Shown here piece by piece: positions 48,983-62,826 of a stretch of 64,000 bases of DNA. Below the pieces are notes generated by a model. The model worked only from the letters and a program-made list of their open reading frames with translations. It was not told the origin of the DNA and ran no database searches. The position numbers and the translations under genes were made by a program. The stretch comes from an uncultured delta proteobacterium (GTDB lineage Bacteria > Myxococcota_A > UBA9160 > UBA4427). The stretch covers positions 352,001 to 416,000 of the forward strand of contig CAWGJT010000012.1 of the NCBI GenBank assembly GCA_963822965.1, in the 5' to 3' direction. How positions within the stretch are numbered: the first letter of the stretch is position 1; each line of letters begins with the position of its first letter.

Positions 48983-49888
48983 GTGCGCGACCCCGCGTCG
49001 ACTCTCCCCGAGATTCCGAAGCCCGATCCTGTGATCCCGCGCTCCGGCCCCGCCGGCCCGTGCGCGACGGCGCGCACCGGCTCACCCCGGCATCGGCGGA
49101 GCCGGCTGCTCCTTCCGCCGGTCCATCTGCTGGCCACCCTCGCCCTGCTCGGCACGGTGGCCGCCTGCAAGACCGACACCCCCAGCTTCGAGGACGTACC
49201 CCCCGCGGACGAGCTCTACGCCCAGGGGCTCGAGATCCTCCAGGGCTGGAAGCTCCTGTGGGTCTACCGGGTCGTGAACTACACGAAGGCCATCGAGACC
49301 TTCCAGTCCATCATCGACAACTATCCCTACAGCGACTACGCGGTGAACGCGGAGCTTCAGATCGCCGACGCCTACTTCGCCGACAAGCGCTGGGAGGAGG
49401 CGCTCTCCTACTACCGCGACTTCGGCGACCTGCATCCCCAGCACGAGAAGGTCCCGTACACGATCCTGCGCTCGGCCCAGTGCCACTACGAGCAGATCGG
49501 AACCGTCAACCGGGACCAGACGGCCACCCGCGAGGCCCTCCACTTTCTCGAGATCCTGCTCCGCAACTACCCCTACGCCAAGGAGACCACCCAGGGCGAG
49601 CAGATGATGCACGAGCTGCGGACGGAGCTGGCGGAGAACGTCCTTCTGACGGGCGACTTCTATCTCGCGCGCCGGGAGTACCAGTCCGCCGCGGAGCGCT
49701 ACCGATCCGTGCTGAACGTCTACCCGGGCCTCGGCCTCGACGCCGAGGCGCTCTTCAAGCTCGGCGTGTGCTACGAGAACCTGAAGCGCGTGGACGAGGC
49801 GCTGCGGCTCTTCCACGTGATCCTCGAGAACTTCGGGGACACACAGCACGCCAAGGAGGCCCGGCGCCACATCGCCGCGGCCAGCTGA
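48983..49888 (+). CDS. bamD: Outer membrane assembly lipoprotein (start uncertain)
   Basis: Lipobox VAAC; TPRs, YPYSDYA, LHPQH, RDQTAT, FYLARREY. Confidence 0.85.
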   Translation: MRDPASTLPEIPKPDPVIPRSGPAGPCATARTGSPRHRRSRLLLPPVHLLATLALLGTVAACKTDTPSFEDVPPADELYAQGLEILQGWKLLWVYRVVNYTKAIETFQSIIDNYPYSDYAVNAELQIADAYFADKRWEEALSYYRDFGDLHPQHEKVPYTILRSAQCHYEQIGTVNRDQTATREALHFLEILLRNYPYAKETTQGEQMMHELRTELAENVLLTGDFYLARREYQSAAERYRSVLNVYPGLGLDAEALFKLGVCYENLKRVDEALRLFHVILENFGDTQHAKEARRHIAAAS

Positions 49889-49935
49889 ATCGGGGGAGCC
49901 TCCCCGCGCAGGAGCCGAAGTCCGGAGGGCCCGCC

Positions 49936-50715
49936 ATGCCGCCGAACGCCTCGTCGCGGATGACGTCGAGCGAACGCGAGCTGTACAACCAGGGGCGCGC
50001 CAGCTTCGAGCGCGGCGAGATCGATCACGCCCTTGCCGCCCTCGGCACCCTGCTCGAGCGCAAGACGGGCTTCGCCGACCTCCACTACATGGTGGGGGTG
50101 CTGCTCGACCAGCAGGGGGACGCCCACGGGGCCCGCGAACGCCTGCGGGACGCCATCCGCCTGAACCCCTCGTACACCGAGGCGTTGCTCGCCCTGGCGT
50201 CCGTCTACGAGCGCGAGGGCGACTTCGATCGTTCCCAGGAGCTGACGGAGCGCGCCGCCCAGGTCTCCCAGGGCCTGCCGGGCGTGCTCGACCCCACCAC
50301 CCGCGGCAAGCTCGCGAACCTGCAGGCGGCGGTGGGAGACGCCTACGCGGAGGTGGGCGAGTACCGCGAGGCGATCCAGGCCTACAACAAGGCCCTCGAC
50401 CGCTGTCCGGACTTCCACGACATCCGTCACCGGCTGGGCGTCGCCCTGCGCGCCGCGGGGCTGCCGCACCGCGCCGAGCTCGAGTTCAAGCGCGTCCTGC
50501 GCAGCAATCCGGACATGCTGGGCGCACAGGTACAGCTCGGTCTGACCTACTACACGATGGGTCGGGCGCCCGAGGCCGTCGGCCTGTGGAGCGAGGTCCT
50601 ACGACGCGACCCGTCCGAGCGCGACGCCCTGATGTACCTGCGCATGGTGCAGGGCGCGGAGAGGTCGAAGCAGGAAGCCGCCCCGCAGACACCCGCAGAC
50701 ACGGACGAGGACTGA
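49936..50715 (+). CDS. TPR-repeat protein
   Basis: Multiple TPR motifs (AIRLNPSYTEA, YNKALDRCPDF). Confidence 0.85.
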   Translation: MPPNASSRMTSSERELYNQGRASFERGEIDHALAALGTLLERKTGFADLHYMVGVLLDQQGDAHGARERLRDAIRLNPSYTEALLALASVYEREGDFDRSQELTERAAQVSQGLPGVLDPTTRGKLANLQAAVGDAYAEVGEYREAIQAYNKALDRCPDFHDIRHRLGVALRAAGLPHRAELEFKRVLRSNPDMLGAQVQLGLTYYTMGRAPEAVGLWSEVLRRDPSERDALMYLRMVQGAERSKQEAAPQTPADTDED

Positions 50716-51245
50716 TGGCGGGACTCTCCACCCTGGACGCGGCGGTCCTCGCGGTGCTGGGGGTCGCCGTCGTCCGCGGCGTCGTGATCGGCCTGATCCG
50801 CGAAGGGTTCTCGATCGCGGCCCTCGGCGGTGCGCTCCTCGCCGTGCGCTACGGCATCGGTCCCCTGGCCGGCTGGATCCAGGAGGCGTCCCGGGGCGAC
50901 CTGGGCCAGACCGCCTCCACCTGGATCGCCGGAATCGCCATCGGCCTCGGCACCGTGGCGGTGCTCGGCATGGCGGGACGCCTGCTCCGACGCGGGGCCC
51001 GGGCCGTCGGCCTCGGCTGGGCCGATCGCCTCGGCGGAGGGGTCGTCGGGGCGGTGGAAGGCGCTCTCGCCGCGGCCGTGATCCTGGTGCTGGCCACCTG
51101 GGCCGCCGGGCCGGGTAGCCCGCTGATCGAGAACGCCAGGAGCGTCGAGGTGCTGGAGGACGTGCAGACCTACCTGGCCGAGCACCGGGAGGAGCTGCCC
51201 GCCGTGGCGGCGCCGCCGGAATGGCTCGAGAAGGGACGACGTTAG
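50715..51245 (+). CDS. CvpA family membrane protein
   Basis: RG..GLIRE, LGWADRLGGGVVG. Confidence 0.85.
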   Translation: MAGLSTLDAAVLAVLGVAVVRGVVIGLIREGFSIAALGGALLAVRYGIGPLAGWIQEASRGDLGQTASTWIAGIAIGLGTVAVLGMAGRLLRRGARAVGLGWADRLGGGVVGAVEGALAAAVILVLATWAAGPGSPLIENARSVEVLEDVQTYLAEHREELPAVAAPPEWLEKGRR

Positions 51246-51284
51246 GCGGGAGGAGGCGCGGCTCGGGTCGTCGCGAGGGTCCGA

Positions 51285-53402
<2,118 letters not shown>

Positions 53403-53412
53403 GCCAACGAGG

Positions 53413-56061
53413 TTAGCCCGCCGCAAGCTGGTAGAAGCGCTGGAGGGCCTCTTCGATCTTCGCCGGATCCCGGCCACCCGCCTGGGCGAAGTCGGGCCGT
53501 CCTCCCCCGCCCCCGCCGACGACCTTCGCCACGTCGCGGATGAGATCGCCGGCCTTGTGGGCGCCCGTGAGGTCCTTGGTGACCCCCGCGGCCAACAGCA
53601 CCTTGCCACCCGACTCGGAGATCACGAGCACGACGCCGCTCCCGAGTCGGTTGCGCAGATCGTCGACGAGCGAGCGCATGCCCTCGGCGTCGAGTCCGTC
53701 CACCCGCACGCCGAGCACCTTCGTTCCGTCGATCTCGCGCACCTGGGACATCAGGTCGCCGGCGGCCTCACCGGCCTGCGCCTGCTTGAGCTGATCGAGC
53801 TCGCGCTGCGCGAGGCGGCGTTCGTCGAGCAGCTTCTCGACGCGGACCGGAACGTCCGCGGGCGCCGTCTTGAGCAGGCTCGCCACCTGCTCGAAGACCC
53901 GCTCCTGCTTGCGGATGTGGCGCAGCGCGCCGAGCCCGGTGAGCGCCTCGATGCGGCGCACCCCGGAGGCGATCCCCTGCTCGGAGATGATTTTCAGCAG
54001 GCCGATGTCGCCCGTCGCGTGGGCGTGCGTGCCGCCGCACAGCTCGGTCGAGAAGGGCCCAAACGACACCACGCGCACGTGGTCGCCGTACTTCTCCTCG
54101 AAGATGGCGATGGCACCGGACTTGACGGCCTCCGAGTACGGCATCTCCCGGGTCTCCGCCCCGGCATTCGCCTCGATCCACTCGTTGACGCGATCCTCGA
54201 TGCGCTCGATCTCGTCCTTCGTGAGCGGGGCGTCGTGGGTGAAGTCGAATCGGAGCCGGTCCGGTCCCACCAGGGAGCCCTTCTGGGCCGCCTGGGGGCC
54301 GAGCACCTCGCGCAGGGCCGCATGCAGCAGGTGCGTGCCGGAGTGGTTGCGCACGGTGGCCTGGCGCGCCGCGGCGTCGACGTTGAGCTGCGCCCGCTCT
54401 CCCACGCCGATGCGGCCGGCGGCGACCTTGCCCCGGTGCACGACCAATCCCTCGACGGGCTTCCGGGTGTCCTCGACGGCCACCCTGCCCCCTTCGGTGG
54501 TGAGGGTGCCCAAGTCGCCCACCTGTCCGCCGCTCTCGGCGTAGAAGGGCGTCTCCTCCACCACCACCTCGACGGCGTCGCCCTGGGACGCCTCCTCGGC
54601 GGGGGCGCCGTCCACCAGCAGCGCGGTGATCGCCGACTCCGCCTCCAGGCTCTGGTAGCCGCAGAACGACGTGGCGAGGTCCTTTGCCATCCGCTGGTAG
54701 ACCTCGTCCACCGCGGCGTCGCCGCTGCCCTTCCAGGCGGCGCGAGCGCGGCTCTTCTGCTCGGACATGGCCGACTCGAAGCCCCGGGTGTCCACGGACA
54801 TGCCCCGGCCTCGCAGCACGTCCGCCGTGAGGTCCACCGGGAAGCCGAAGGTGTCGTAGAGCTTGAAGACCGACGCACCCGGCAGCGCCGTCTCGCCGCG
54901 CTCGCGCAGCCCGGCGATCTCCTCCTCGAGGATCTGCAGCCCCTTCGAGAGGGTCTCGAGGAAGCGCTCCTCGTCGCTGCGGACCCGGGAGCGGATGTAG
55001 TCCCGGCGCTCGGCCACCTCGGGGTACGCACCGCCCATCTCGTCGATGACCGCGTCCACCACGGCGTGCAGGCACGGCTCGTTCACGCCGAGGAAGACGG
55101 CGTGTCGCGAGGCGCGCCGCAGGATGCGCCGCACCACGTAGCCGCGACCCGCGTTCGACGGGAGCACCCCGTCGCCGATCAGGAAGGTGAGCGCGCGGGC
55201 GTGGTCGCCGATGACCCGCAGCGAGACGTCCTTCTCCGGATCGTCGCCCAGACGCACGCCCGAGAGCTCCTGGGCGCGACCGAGGGGGAGCCGGAAGAGG
55301 TCGGTGTCGTAGTTGTTGCGGACGTCCTGAAAGACGCTCGCCCAGCGTTCGAGCCCCCCGCCGGTGTCGATCGACGGCCTGGGCAGCGGCGTCTTCTCGC
55401 CCGAGGCGTCCCGGTTGAACTGCATGAACACGAGATTCCAGAGCTCGAGCCAGCGGCCGCAGTCACAGGACGGATCGCAGACCGCCGCGGTGCAGGCGGG
55501 GTTCCGACCCTCCTCGAAGAAGTAGTCCACGTGGATCTCGGAGCACGGCCCGCAGGGTCCCGTCTCGCCCATGGACCAGAAGTTCTCGTCCTCGCCCAGG
55601 CGGTAGATCCGGCCGGCCGGAACGCCCACGCCCCGCTCCCAGTGGTCCGCCGCGGCGTCGTCCTCCCGGAACACCGAGACCGCGAGACGCTCGGGGGCGA
55701 GCCCCATCTCCCCGGTGAGCAGCTCCCAGGCGAAGTCGATGGCGCCTTCCTTGAAGTAGTCGCCGAAGGAGAAGTTGCCGAGCATCTCGAAGAAGGTGTG
55801 GTGGCGCGGGGTGCGGCCGACGTTCTCGAGGTCGTTGTGCTTGCCGGAGACCCGCATCACCTTCTGGGAGCTGGTGGCCCGGGTAAAGGGGCGGGTCTCC
55901 TCGCCGAGGAAGACGCGCTTGAACGGCACCATCCCGGCGTTCACGAACATCAGGGTGGGATCCGACTCGGGCACGAGGGACGCACTGGGGACGATCCGGT
56001 GGCCGCGCGCCTCGAAGTAGCGCAGGAACCGCTCGCGGATGTCCCGAGCCGGAACGAACAT
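53413..56061 (-). CDS. alaS: Alanine--tRNA ligase
   Basis: FVNAGMVPFK, HHTFFEMLGNFSFGDYFK, NHSGTHLLH, ELCGGTH, GGGGGRPDFAQAGG. Confidence 0.97.
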   Translation of the reverse strand: MFVPARDIRERFLRYFEARGHRIVPSASLVPESDPTLMFVNAGMVPFKRVFLGEETRPFTRATSSQKVMRVSGKHNDLENVGRTPRHHTFFEMLGNFSFGDYFKEGAIDFAWELLTGEMGLAPERLAVSVFREDDAAADHWERGVGVPAGRIYRLGEDENFWSMGETGPCGPCSEIHVDYFFEEGRNPACTAAVCDPSCDCGRWLELWNLVFMQFNRDASGEKTPLPRPSIDTGGGLERWASVFQDVRNNYDTDLFRLPLGRAQELSGVRLGDDPEKDVSLRVIGDHARALTFLIGDGVLPSNAGRGYVVRRILRRASRHAVFLGVNEPCLHAVVDAVIDEMGGAYPEVAERRDYIRSRVRSDEERFLETLSKGLQILEEEIAGLRERGETALPGASVFKLYDTFGFPVDLTADVLRGRGMSVDTRGFESAMSEQKSRARAAWKGSGDAAVDEVYQRMAKDLATSFCGYQSLEAESAITALLVDGAPAEEASQGDAVEVVVEETPFYAESGGQVGDLGTLTTEGGRVAVEDTRKPVEGLVVHRGKVAAGRIGVGERAQLNVDAAARQATVRNHSGTHLLHAALREVLGPQAAQKGSLVGPDRLRFDFTHDAPLTKDEIERIEDRVNEWIEANAGAETREMPYSEAVKSGAIAIFEEKYGDHVRVVSFGPFSTELCGGTHAHATGDIGLLKIISEQGIASGVRRIEALTGLGALRHIRKQERVFEQVASLLKTAPADVPVRVEKLLDERRLAQRELDQLKQAQAGEAAGDLMSQVREIDGTKVLGVRVDGLDAEGMRSLVDDLRNRLGSGVVLVISESGGKVLLAAGVTKDLTGAHKAGDLIRDVAKVVGGGGGGRPDFAQAGGRDPAKIEEALQRFYQLAAG

Positions 56062-56268
56062 CGACCTCTGACCTCCGTAGCCGCCTCGTCGGACGTCGCG
56101 CCGCCGGACAACCGGGGCTCCAGTCACCGGAGAGCGGGGACGGGGACGCACCCCGGGCGGAAACGCCCAGGCGATTCGAGGACTTGGCGGCGGACGAATA
56201 TACAGGAGGCGTGCGCTCCCCGGGAGGGGCCGGAGGCGGCCGCCGGGCGGCCGAGGCGCGCGTCGGGG

Positions 56269-57463
56269 CTAGAAGCGCTCGATGCTGAAGTCGTCGTCGT
56301 CGGGCTTCTCGTCCCCGGCCGGCGCCTCGCCCTCGGGCTTCTCGGACGGGTCTCCGTCGAAGTCGCTCCAGTTGCCGTCGGAGGTGGAGGCGATCCCGCG
56401 GTAGCGCAGGGCGAAGTCGTCCGGGTTGGAGACGTTCTTCAGCGCCTCCTCGTAGGTGACGAGCTCCTGCTTGACGAGCTGCATCAGCGACTGGTCGAAG
56501 GTCTGCATCCCGTAGGTCGTGAAGCCCTTGGCGATGGCGTCCGGGATCTCCTTCGTCCGGTCCTTGTCGTTGATCAGCTCGCGCACGTAGGCCGTGGACA
56601 CGAGCACCTCGAGGGCCGGCACGCGCCCCCGACCGTCGGCCCGCGGAACCAGGCGCTGGCTGATCACCGCCTTCAGGATCGCGCCGAGCTGCAGGCGCAC
56701 CTGCTTCTGCTGGTGCGGCGGGAAGACGGAGATGATGCGGTTGATGGTCTCGGTCGCGTCGAGCGTGTGGAGCGTGCTCATCACGAGGTGGCCCGTCTCG
56801 GCGGCGGTGAGCGCCGTCTCGATGGTTTCGAAATCGCGCATCTCGCCCACCAGGATGACGTCCGGATCCTGGCGCAGGGCGGCGCGCAGCGCGTTCGCGA
56901 AGCTGTGGGTGTCCACGCCGATCTCGCGCTGGTTCACGATGGAGCGCCGGTCCCGGATCAGGAACTCGATCGGATCCTCGATGGTCATGATGTGGCAGGT
57001 CCGGTCCGCGTTGATGTGCTCGATCATGGCGGCGAGAGTCGTCGACTTGCCGGAGCCGGTGGTCCCGGTGACCAGGATGAGCCCGCGGTTCTCCTGGGTG
57101 ATTCGCTCGACCACCTTGGGCAGGTGGAGCTGGTCGATGGTCTTGACACCGAAGGGGATCACGCGGAAGACGATGCCCACGGTGCCGCGCTGCTGGAAGA
57201 CAGTTGACGCGGAAACGGCCGAGACCCGCGATCCCGTAGGCAAGGTCCGCCTCGCGGTTCTCCTCGAAGCGGGCCTTCTGGACCGGGTTCATGATCTCGA
57301 GCGCCATCTTCTGGATCTCGTCCGGCATCATGCGCTCGCCGTTCTTCAGCGGCACGAGCGCACCGTCCACCCGGAACATCGGCGGCAAGCCCGACTTCAG
57401 ATGGATGTCGGAAGCGCCACCCTTGATGGCGACCTTCAGGATGTCGTTGAGCGCCATGCCCAT
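56269..57463 (-). CDS. PilT/PilU-family ATPase with apparent +1 frameshift near 57202
   Basis: ASDIHLK...GRFRVN then FQQRG in a new frame; GTTGSGKST, EDPIE, LRQDPD, GMQTFD. Confidence 0.9.
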
Positions 57464-57619
57464 GTCTGTTTCCGGCCCCCCACCGCGAGTGCAAGCGCGC
57501 GTCCGTCGGTAGCTCCGACACGCGCTCTGCGGGCTGTTTCGTCCGGAAACGACCCCACCTTGAGGAGATCCGCCGCGCAGCGATCGCGCAGGATTCCGCT
57601 GGCAGCGGAAGCCCGTCGC

Positions 57620-57651
57620 AAACGCCCCGGATCGGCGGACCCGGGGCGTTT
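57620..57651. terminator. Intrinsic terminator downstream of recA
   Basis: AAACGCCCCGG/CCGGGGCGTTT inverted repeat. Confidence 0.7.
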
Positions 57652-57683
57652 CCGAACGAGCGCGACGAACGCCCTGCGGTCCC

Positions 57684-58808
57684 TCAGGCCTCGGCGTCAG
57701 CCTCGGCGTCGGCGTCGGCGTCGGCGGAAGCAGCCGGCTCGCGGGGCGCGGCCGGCACGCGGCGCTTCAGCCCCTTGGCGGCATACACCGCGTCGGCGAG
57801 GCGGTCGCAGACCTCGGCGTTCTCCAGCAGGAAGGTGCGGGCGTTCTCCCGGCCCTGACCGATCCGCTCGCCCTCGTAGGAGTACCAGGAGCCGCTCTTC
57901 TCCACGATTCCCTCGTCCACGCCGAGATCGAGCAGATCGCCCTCCATCGAGATGCCCTGGTTGTAGAGGATGTCGAACTCGGCCTGGCGGAACGGCGGGG
58001 CCACCTTGTTCTTCACGACCTTGACCCGGGTGCGATTGCCGACGACGTTGTCGCCGTCCTTGATGGCCGCGATGCGACGGACGTCGATCCGGACGGAGGA
58101 GTAGAACTTCAGCGCATTGCCGCCCGAGGTGGTCTCCGGGTTGCCGAACATCACGCCGATCTTCATGCGGATCTGGTTGATGAAGAAGATCGTCGAGTTC
58201 GACTTGGCGACCGTGCCCGTTAGCTTGCGCAGCGCCTGGCTCATGAGCCGCGCCTGCAGTCCGACGTGCGTATCGCCCATCTCGCCCTCGATCTCGGCCC
58301 GGGGCACCAGGGCCGCCACCGAGTCGATGACCACCACGTCGATGGCCCCCGATCGCAGCAGCACGTCCGCGATCTCCAGCGCCTGCTCGCCCGTATCCGG
58401 CTGGGAGACCAGCAGCTCGTCCACCTTCACCCCCAGACGCCGGGCGTAGTTGACGTCGAGCGCGTGCTCCGCGTCGATGAAGGCCGCCGTGCCCCCGAGC
58501 TTCTGCACCTGGGCGATGGCGTGCAGGGTGAGGGTCGTCTTGCCGCTGGATTCCGGCCCGTAGATCTCGACCACCCGTCCGCGCGGGAAGCCCCCGATCC
58601 CGAGCGCGATGTCGAGACTGGGCGATCCGCTCGAGAAGTACGCGATCTCGCGATCCACGGCGTCTCCGTCCATCTTCAGGATCGACCCCTTGCCGAACTG
58701 CTTCTCGATCGACGAGACCGCGAGCTCGATCGCCTTGCTCCTCGCGTCGTCGGTGGTCTGCCGCTCCACCTGCGGCTTCGGTGCGTCCGTGCGCTTCTTG
58801 CCTGCCAT
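57684..58808 (-). CDS. recA: Recombinase A
   Basis: [40 protein letters not shown]. Confidence 0.98.
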   Translation of the reverse strand: MAGKKRTDAPKPQVERQTTDDARSKAIELAVSSIEKQFGKGSILKMDGDAVDREIAYFSSGSPSLDIALGIGGFPRGRVVEIYGPESSGKTTLTLHAIAQVQKLGGTAAFIDAEHALDVNYARRLGVKVDELLVSQPDTGEQALEIADVLLRSGAIDVVVIDSVAALVPRAEIEGEMGDTHVGLQARLMSQALRKLTGTVAKSNSTIFFINQIRMKIGVMFGNPETTSGGNALKFYSSVRIDVRRIAAIKDGDNVVGNRTRVKVVKNKVAPPFRQAEFDILYNQGISMEGDLLDLGVDEGIVEKSGSWYSYEGERIGQGRENARTFLLENAEVCDRLADAVYAAKGLKRRVPAAPREPAASADADADAEADAEA

Positions 58809-58904
58809 CGTTTCCTCCCATCCTTCCTGTCCCTGCTGTGTGTGGGGTGTTCGAGACCGTGGTGTGTTCGGGGCCGGCGCCTCGGTCCGGCCCTCCTCGA
58901 GCGC

Positions 58905-60263
58905 CTAGCCGGCTCCGGGTGCGTTGCCTCCGCCCCGCTGCCGAAGCAACGACGGACCGACGAGCTCGACGCCGAGCAGCGAGCGCCGCACCCAGTCCAG
59001 ACCGATCTGGCTGGAGAGCGCCCGGTGCCGCTCGCGATCCAGCGGAAAGACGAAGCGGTCGGTGTGGCTCCCGCCGTCCCAGGCGATGCCGACGCAGACC
59101 GTGCCCACGGGCTTCTCCGGGGTGCCCCCGTCGGGCCCGGAGATGCCGGTGGTGGAGACGCCGAAGTCCGCGCCGAAGCGCTCGCGGGCGCCCTCGGCCA
59201 TGGCGCGCGCGACCTCGTTCGAGACGGCGCCGCAGCGGGCGATCAGCGACTCCGGCACGCCCAGCATCGCCACCTTGGCGGCGTTCGAGTAGGCCACGAC
59301 ACCCCCCAGGAAGTACGCCGAGGAGCCGGGCACCCGGGTCAGGCGCTCGGCCAGCAGGCCGCCCGTGCAGGACTCGGCGACGGCGACCGTGCGCCCGCGA
59401 TCGGTGAGCATGCGGCCGACCACCACCTCCATGGTCTCGTCCACCTCGCTGTAGACGATGGAGCCCAGGCGCTCCCGGATCTGCGCGACCAGGGCGGCCA
59501 CCCGGGCGGCCGCGAGCTCTGCCGTGGCGGCCCGGGCGAGGGGACGCAGAGCGTTGTCGGGGAAGCTCGTGCGGAACCCCAGCTCCACCCCCTCCTCGTT
59601 CGCCACGTCCTTCAGGTCGGCGTCCAGGCTCGACTCTCCTACGCCGAAGGTCCGCAGCAGCGCAGCGCGAACCACGAGCGGCGCCTCCGCGACCGCACGC
59701 GAGCCCGCTCCACCGGCGCGGGACGCGCGCCAGCGCGCGACCCGCGGCAGCACCTGCTCCTCCAGCATCCGCCGCAGCTCGCGCGGCACGCCGGGCATGC
59801 AGAAGACGATCGAATCCCCCGCCCCCGTCTCGGCCGCCCCCAGGGCCAGCGCGCAGCCCGGCGCCGTGCCGATCGGGTTCGGAAGCACCTCCGCATCGCG
59901 CGGAAACCAGGCCTGCTTGGCGTTGTTCTCCGCCATCTCGCGTCCGACCCGGCGGAAGAAGTCGCGAATCAAGTCGAGGGACGCCTCGTCCAGCACCAGC
60001 TCGCGGCCGAAGGTCCGGGCCAGCACGGCGATGGTGAGATCGTCCCGCGTGGGGCCGAGACCGCCGGACACCAGCACGACGTCGCTGCGCGAGACGGCGC
60101 GCCGGAAGGCGTCCGTCATGTCCTCCGGATCGTCGCGCACGGAGGTCTGGAAGCGGCACTCGACGTCGTGGTCGAGCAGCCGCTCGGCGAGCAGCGCCTT
60201 GTTGGAATCGACGATCTCCCCGCGGAGGATCTCGTCTCCGATGGTCAGGATCTCCGCCTTCAC
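58905..60263 (-). CDS. cinA: CinA (molybdopterin-binding plus NMN deamidase domains)
   Basis: [38 protein letters not shown]. Confidence 0.93.
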   Translation of the reverse strand: MKAEILTIGDEILRGEIVDSNKALLAERLLDHDVECRFQTSVRDDPEDMTDAFRRAVSRSDVVLVSGGLGPTRDDLTIAVLARTFGRELVLDEASLDLIRDFFRRVGREMAENNAKQAWFPRDAEVLPNPIGTAPGCALALGAAETGAGDSIVFCMPGVPRELRRMLEEQVLPRVARWRASRAGGAGSRAVAEAPLVVRAALLRTFGVGESSLDADLKDVANEEGVELGFRTSFPDNALRPLARAATAELAAARVAALVAQIRERLGSIVYSEVDETMEVVVGRMLTDRGRTVAVAESCTGGLLAERLTRVPGSSAYFLGGVVAYSNAAKVAMLGVPESLIARCGAVSNEVARAMAEGARERFGADFGVSTTGISGPDGGTPEKPVGTVCVGIAWDGGSHTDRFVFPLDRERHRALSSQIGLDWVRRSLLGVELVGPSLLRQRGGGNAPGAG

Positions 60264-60928
60264 GCGCCGCCCTCTCCGACCGCGCCGCCGACCGCGACGA
60301 GCAGCAGCGCGTAGCACGGCACCGTCATCGCGAGGGCCGCCAGCCCGCCCGCCACCCAGTCGTCCGCCATCACCCCCAGCCCCCCGTCGAAACGTTCCTC
60401 GGCCCAGCGCACCGGACCCGGCTTGGTGATATCGAACCCGCGGAATGTGACGAATGCGGTCACGACCAGCGCCCACCAGGCCGCCGACCCCGAAGCGAGC
60501 CAGACGACGCCGGCGTCCCGAGCCACCGCGCCCAGGACGAGCACCGGAGTCAGGGAGATCAGCTGCCCGGCGACCTCGTCGATCACGATGCGCCCGTCGT
60601 CTTGCTGTCCGAACGCCCGCTCGCAGCGCCCCGAGGCCCACACGCCCAGCCCGGAGACCACCAGCGCCACGGCCCCATGCGCCTCCAGGAGAGGGACGGG
60701 ACGGAGACCCGCGGCGACGCCGCAGACGGCCAGGAAGAGCAGAACGCCGGCCATCGACCCGAACGTGCCCGGCGCGACGGGTGCGAAGCCCACGCCCCCC
60801 ACCGTCCCGATCCAGACGGCGGCGCCCCGGGGCGCTGCCGTCGCCGGCCCGGACCTCCCGGAGCCCTCGCCCTGCCCGGCCGTAACCGGCTGGATCTGCT
60901 CTGGATTCGGGAGATTCGGCTGGGAGAT
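60260..60928 (-). CDS. pgpA: Phosphatidylglycerophosphatase A (start uncertain)
   Basis: [30 protein letters not shown]. Confidence 0.88.
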   Translation of the reverse strand: MSQPNLPNPEQIQPVTAGQGEGSGRSGPATAAPRGAAVWIGTVGGVGFAPVAPGTFGSMAGVLLFLAVCGVAAGLRPVPLLEAHGAVALVVSGLGVWASGRCERAFGQQDDGRIVIDEVAGQLISLTPVLVLGAVARDAGVVWLASGSAAWWALVVTAFVTFRGFDITKPGPVRWAEERFDGGLGVMADDWVAGGLAALAMTVPCYALLLVAVGGAVGEGGA

Positions 60929-61148
60929 GGCGCGGACCCCCTCGCGGTGATGCGGCGACGAGTGCGAGACCGGTGCTCGACTGGTTGGGGGGGCCAGCGC
61001 GGACGTCGGGAGGGTAGCCGCCGCGAGATTCCAGCGTCAACGAGAAAAGGCGAAAACAATGCGAAAATCGCGTATCCGTCAGGATACCCCCCGGAGTACA
61101 GACGAGAGGCGATTCGGACGATGGAGGAGCCCGGAGGGAAGGCGTCTC

Positions 61149-62786
61149 ATGGACGATTCCGGACTCGCGGGCGCGTGGGGAGAACGGACCTCCGCGGACC
61201 TGTCGAGCCTGCTGCTGGAGCTGGGACGCGCCTGGAAGGCGGCTTCGTTCTACGGGCCCGACAACGTCACCACCCAGAAGCTGATCGAGCGCGCGTGTCG
61301 AGCCTGGCAGTCGGACCTGGCCCGGGCGGGCCCCCTCGAGCTCGAGCTCACCCCGGGCGGCTTCCAGCTCGCCGGGGTGCGGGGGGTCTACGGAACCGAG
61401 CACCTGGGCAAGGTGAGCGACGGTCTCGCGCGCCTGGGGATCCAACGCCTGCGCTTCACCGAGGTGATCTCGAGCCGGTCCCTGACGGCCTTCATCGGCT
61501 CGCTGCTCGAGATGAGCGCGGGCATCCGCCCCGTCTCGCAGCTCGGCATCGAGGTGGACGGCGAGATCTGTCTCTCCCTCGACTCGGACGAGGCGACCGG
61601 GCCGGACGGCGACGCGTTGCCGGACGAGCCGCCCCTCGCCTCCCTGGGCTCGTCGCTGCTGCGCGCCCGGCGGGACGAGGCTCGAGCCCCGGACGAGCCG
61701 GAGAAGCCCGACCCCGGATTCGAGCCGCCGCCAGCGGACCGGAACGCCGGCAGTGCCCGGCTGCGGGCGCTCCTGCAGGACCTCGACCGCTGCACCGACG
61801 ACGATGGCTACGAACGACTGGCAGCCCGCGCAGCCGACGGCGCGCGCGGCCTCTGCGACGAGGGGCTCGTCGAGGCAGCCATGCGGGCCATCTACGTGCT
61901 GGCGGACCACGTGATGGGAGAGGGGGGCCGCTCGGCGGTGCAGGCGCGAATCGCCCGCGCCACCCTGCTCGACCTGGCCCTCGGCGACCGCCTCGGCCTG
62001 CTGATCGATCGCGCCTGCTCGAACGACACGACGGCCAGCGTGCACGCCGCCCAGGTGCTGCTGATCGTGGGCGAGCAGGCCGTTCCGGCGCTCCTCGAGC
62101 GGCTCGACGCGGAGGCCGGAGGTCCCCGGGAAGGCCAGCTGACGGGCCTGCTGATCGCGCTCAGCGAGTGCGCGGTGCCGGCCCTGCGCGCCGCGATCGG
62201 CTCGGGAGCCGGGAGCCGTGCCCGCCTCGGCGTGAAGATCGCAGGCGACCTCCAGTGCCCCGAGCTGGTGAAGCCCCTGCGCGACCTGCTGTGCGCCAAG
62301 GACGGGCCGCTCCAGAAGGACGCCGCCCGGGCGCTCGTCGAGATGGGCAACTCGGCGGCGCTACGCGCCCTGATGGAGGCCGTCGAGAGCCGCCACGATC
62401 GCACCGCGGAGATCGCGGCCTCCGCGCTGGGCGCTCTCGGCGAGCCGGGAGGCCTCACCGCGTTGGTGCGCCGGCTGGAGCGCGCCACCCAGGAACGCCG
62501 CTGGGACCTCGGCCGGCACCTCCTGCAGGCCATCGGCCAGTTCGAACGGGGCGACCGGGCCACCGCCCGGGCCCTGCTCGCCTGGGTGCAGCGCGGCGGC
62601 CCGCCCTGGCGGCGCCCGGACCTGGACCTGAAGCTCGAAGCCGTCAGCGCCCTGGGCCAGCTGGCGGGCGAGGAGACCACCGACGCCCTGCGCGAGATCG
62701 CGGGCCTGCGCGCGCCTGCGCGGCTGTGCGAGCGGGCTCGACGCATCCTCGACCGCCGCGGGGACGGGCGGCGCTCCCCGCGGTGA
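61149..62786 (+). CDS. HEAT-repeat protein
   Basis: Repeated AARALVEMG / AASALGALG / AVSALGQL helices. Confidence 0.75.
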   Translation: MDDSGLAGAWGERTSADLSSLLLELGRAWKAASFYGPDNVTTQKLIERACRAWQSDLARAGPLELELTPGGFQLAGVRGVYGTEHLGKVSDGLARLGIQRLRFTEVISSRSLTAFIGSLLEMSAGIRPVSQLGIEVDGEICLSLDSDEATGPDGDALPDEPPLASLGSSLLRARRDEARAPDEPEKPDPGFEPPPADRNAGSARLRALLQDLDRCTDDDGYERLAARAADGARGLCDEGLVEAAMRAIYVLADHVMGEGGRSAVQARIARATLLDLALGDRLGLLIDRACSNDTTASVHAAQVLLIVGEQAVPALLERLDAEAGGPREGQLTGLLIALSECAVPALRAAIGSGAGSRARLGVKIAGDLQCPELVKPLRDLLCAKDGPLQKDAARALVEMGNSAALRALMEAVESRHDRTAEIAASALGALGEPGGLTALVRRLERATQERRWDLGRHLLQAIGQFERGDRATARALLAWVQRGGPPWRRPDLDLKLEAVSALGQLAGEETTDALREIAGLRAPARLCERARRILDRRGDGRRSPR

Positions 62787-62826
62787 GCGCGCCGCCGCGG
62801 AACGAATCGCTACGCTCGGACTCCGA

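Noticed and set aside
57490..57505. Sigma54 promoter for the pilT-like gene
   Set aside because: GG-N10-GC spacing and TTGCA are present, but the -24 element (CGGA) is poor
58845..58875. LexA box upstream of recA (CGAACAC twice on minus strand)
   Set aside because: Spacing does not match a LexA motif I can name with confidence
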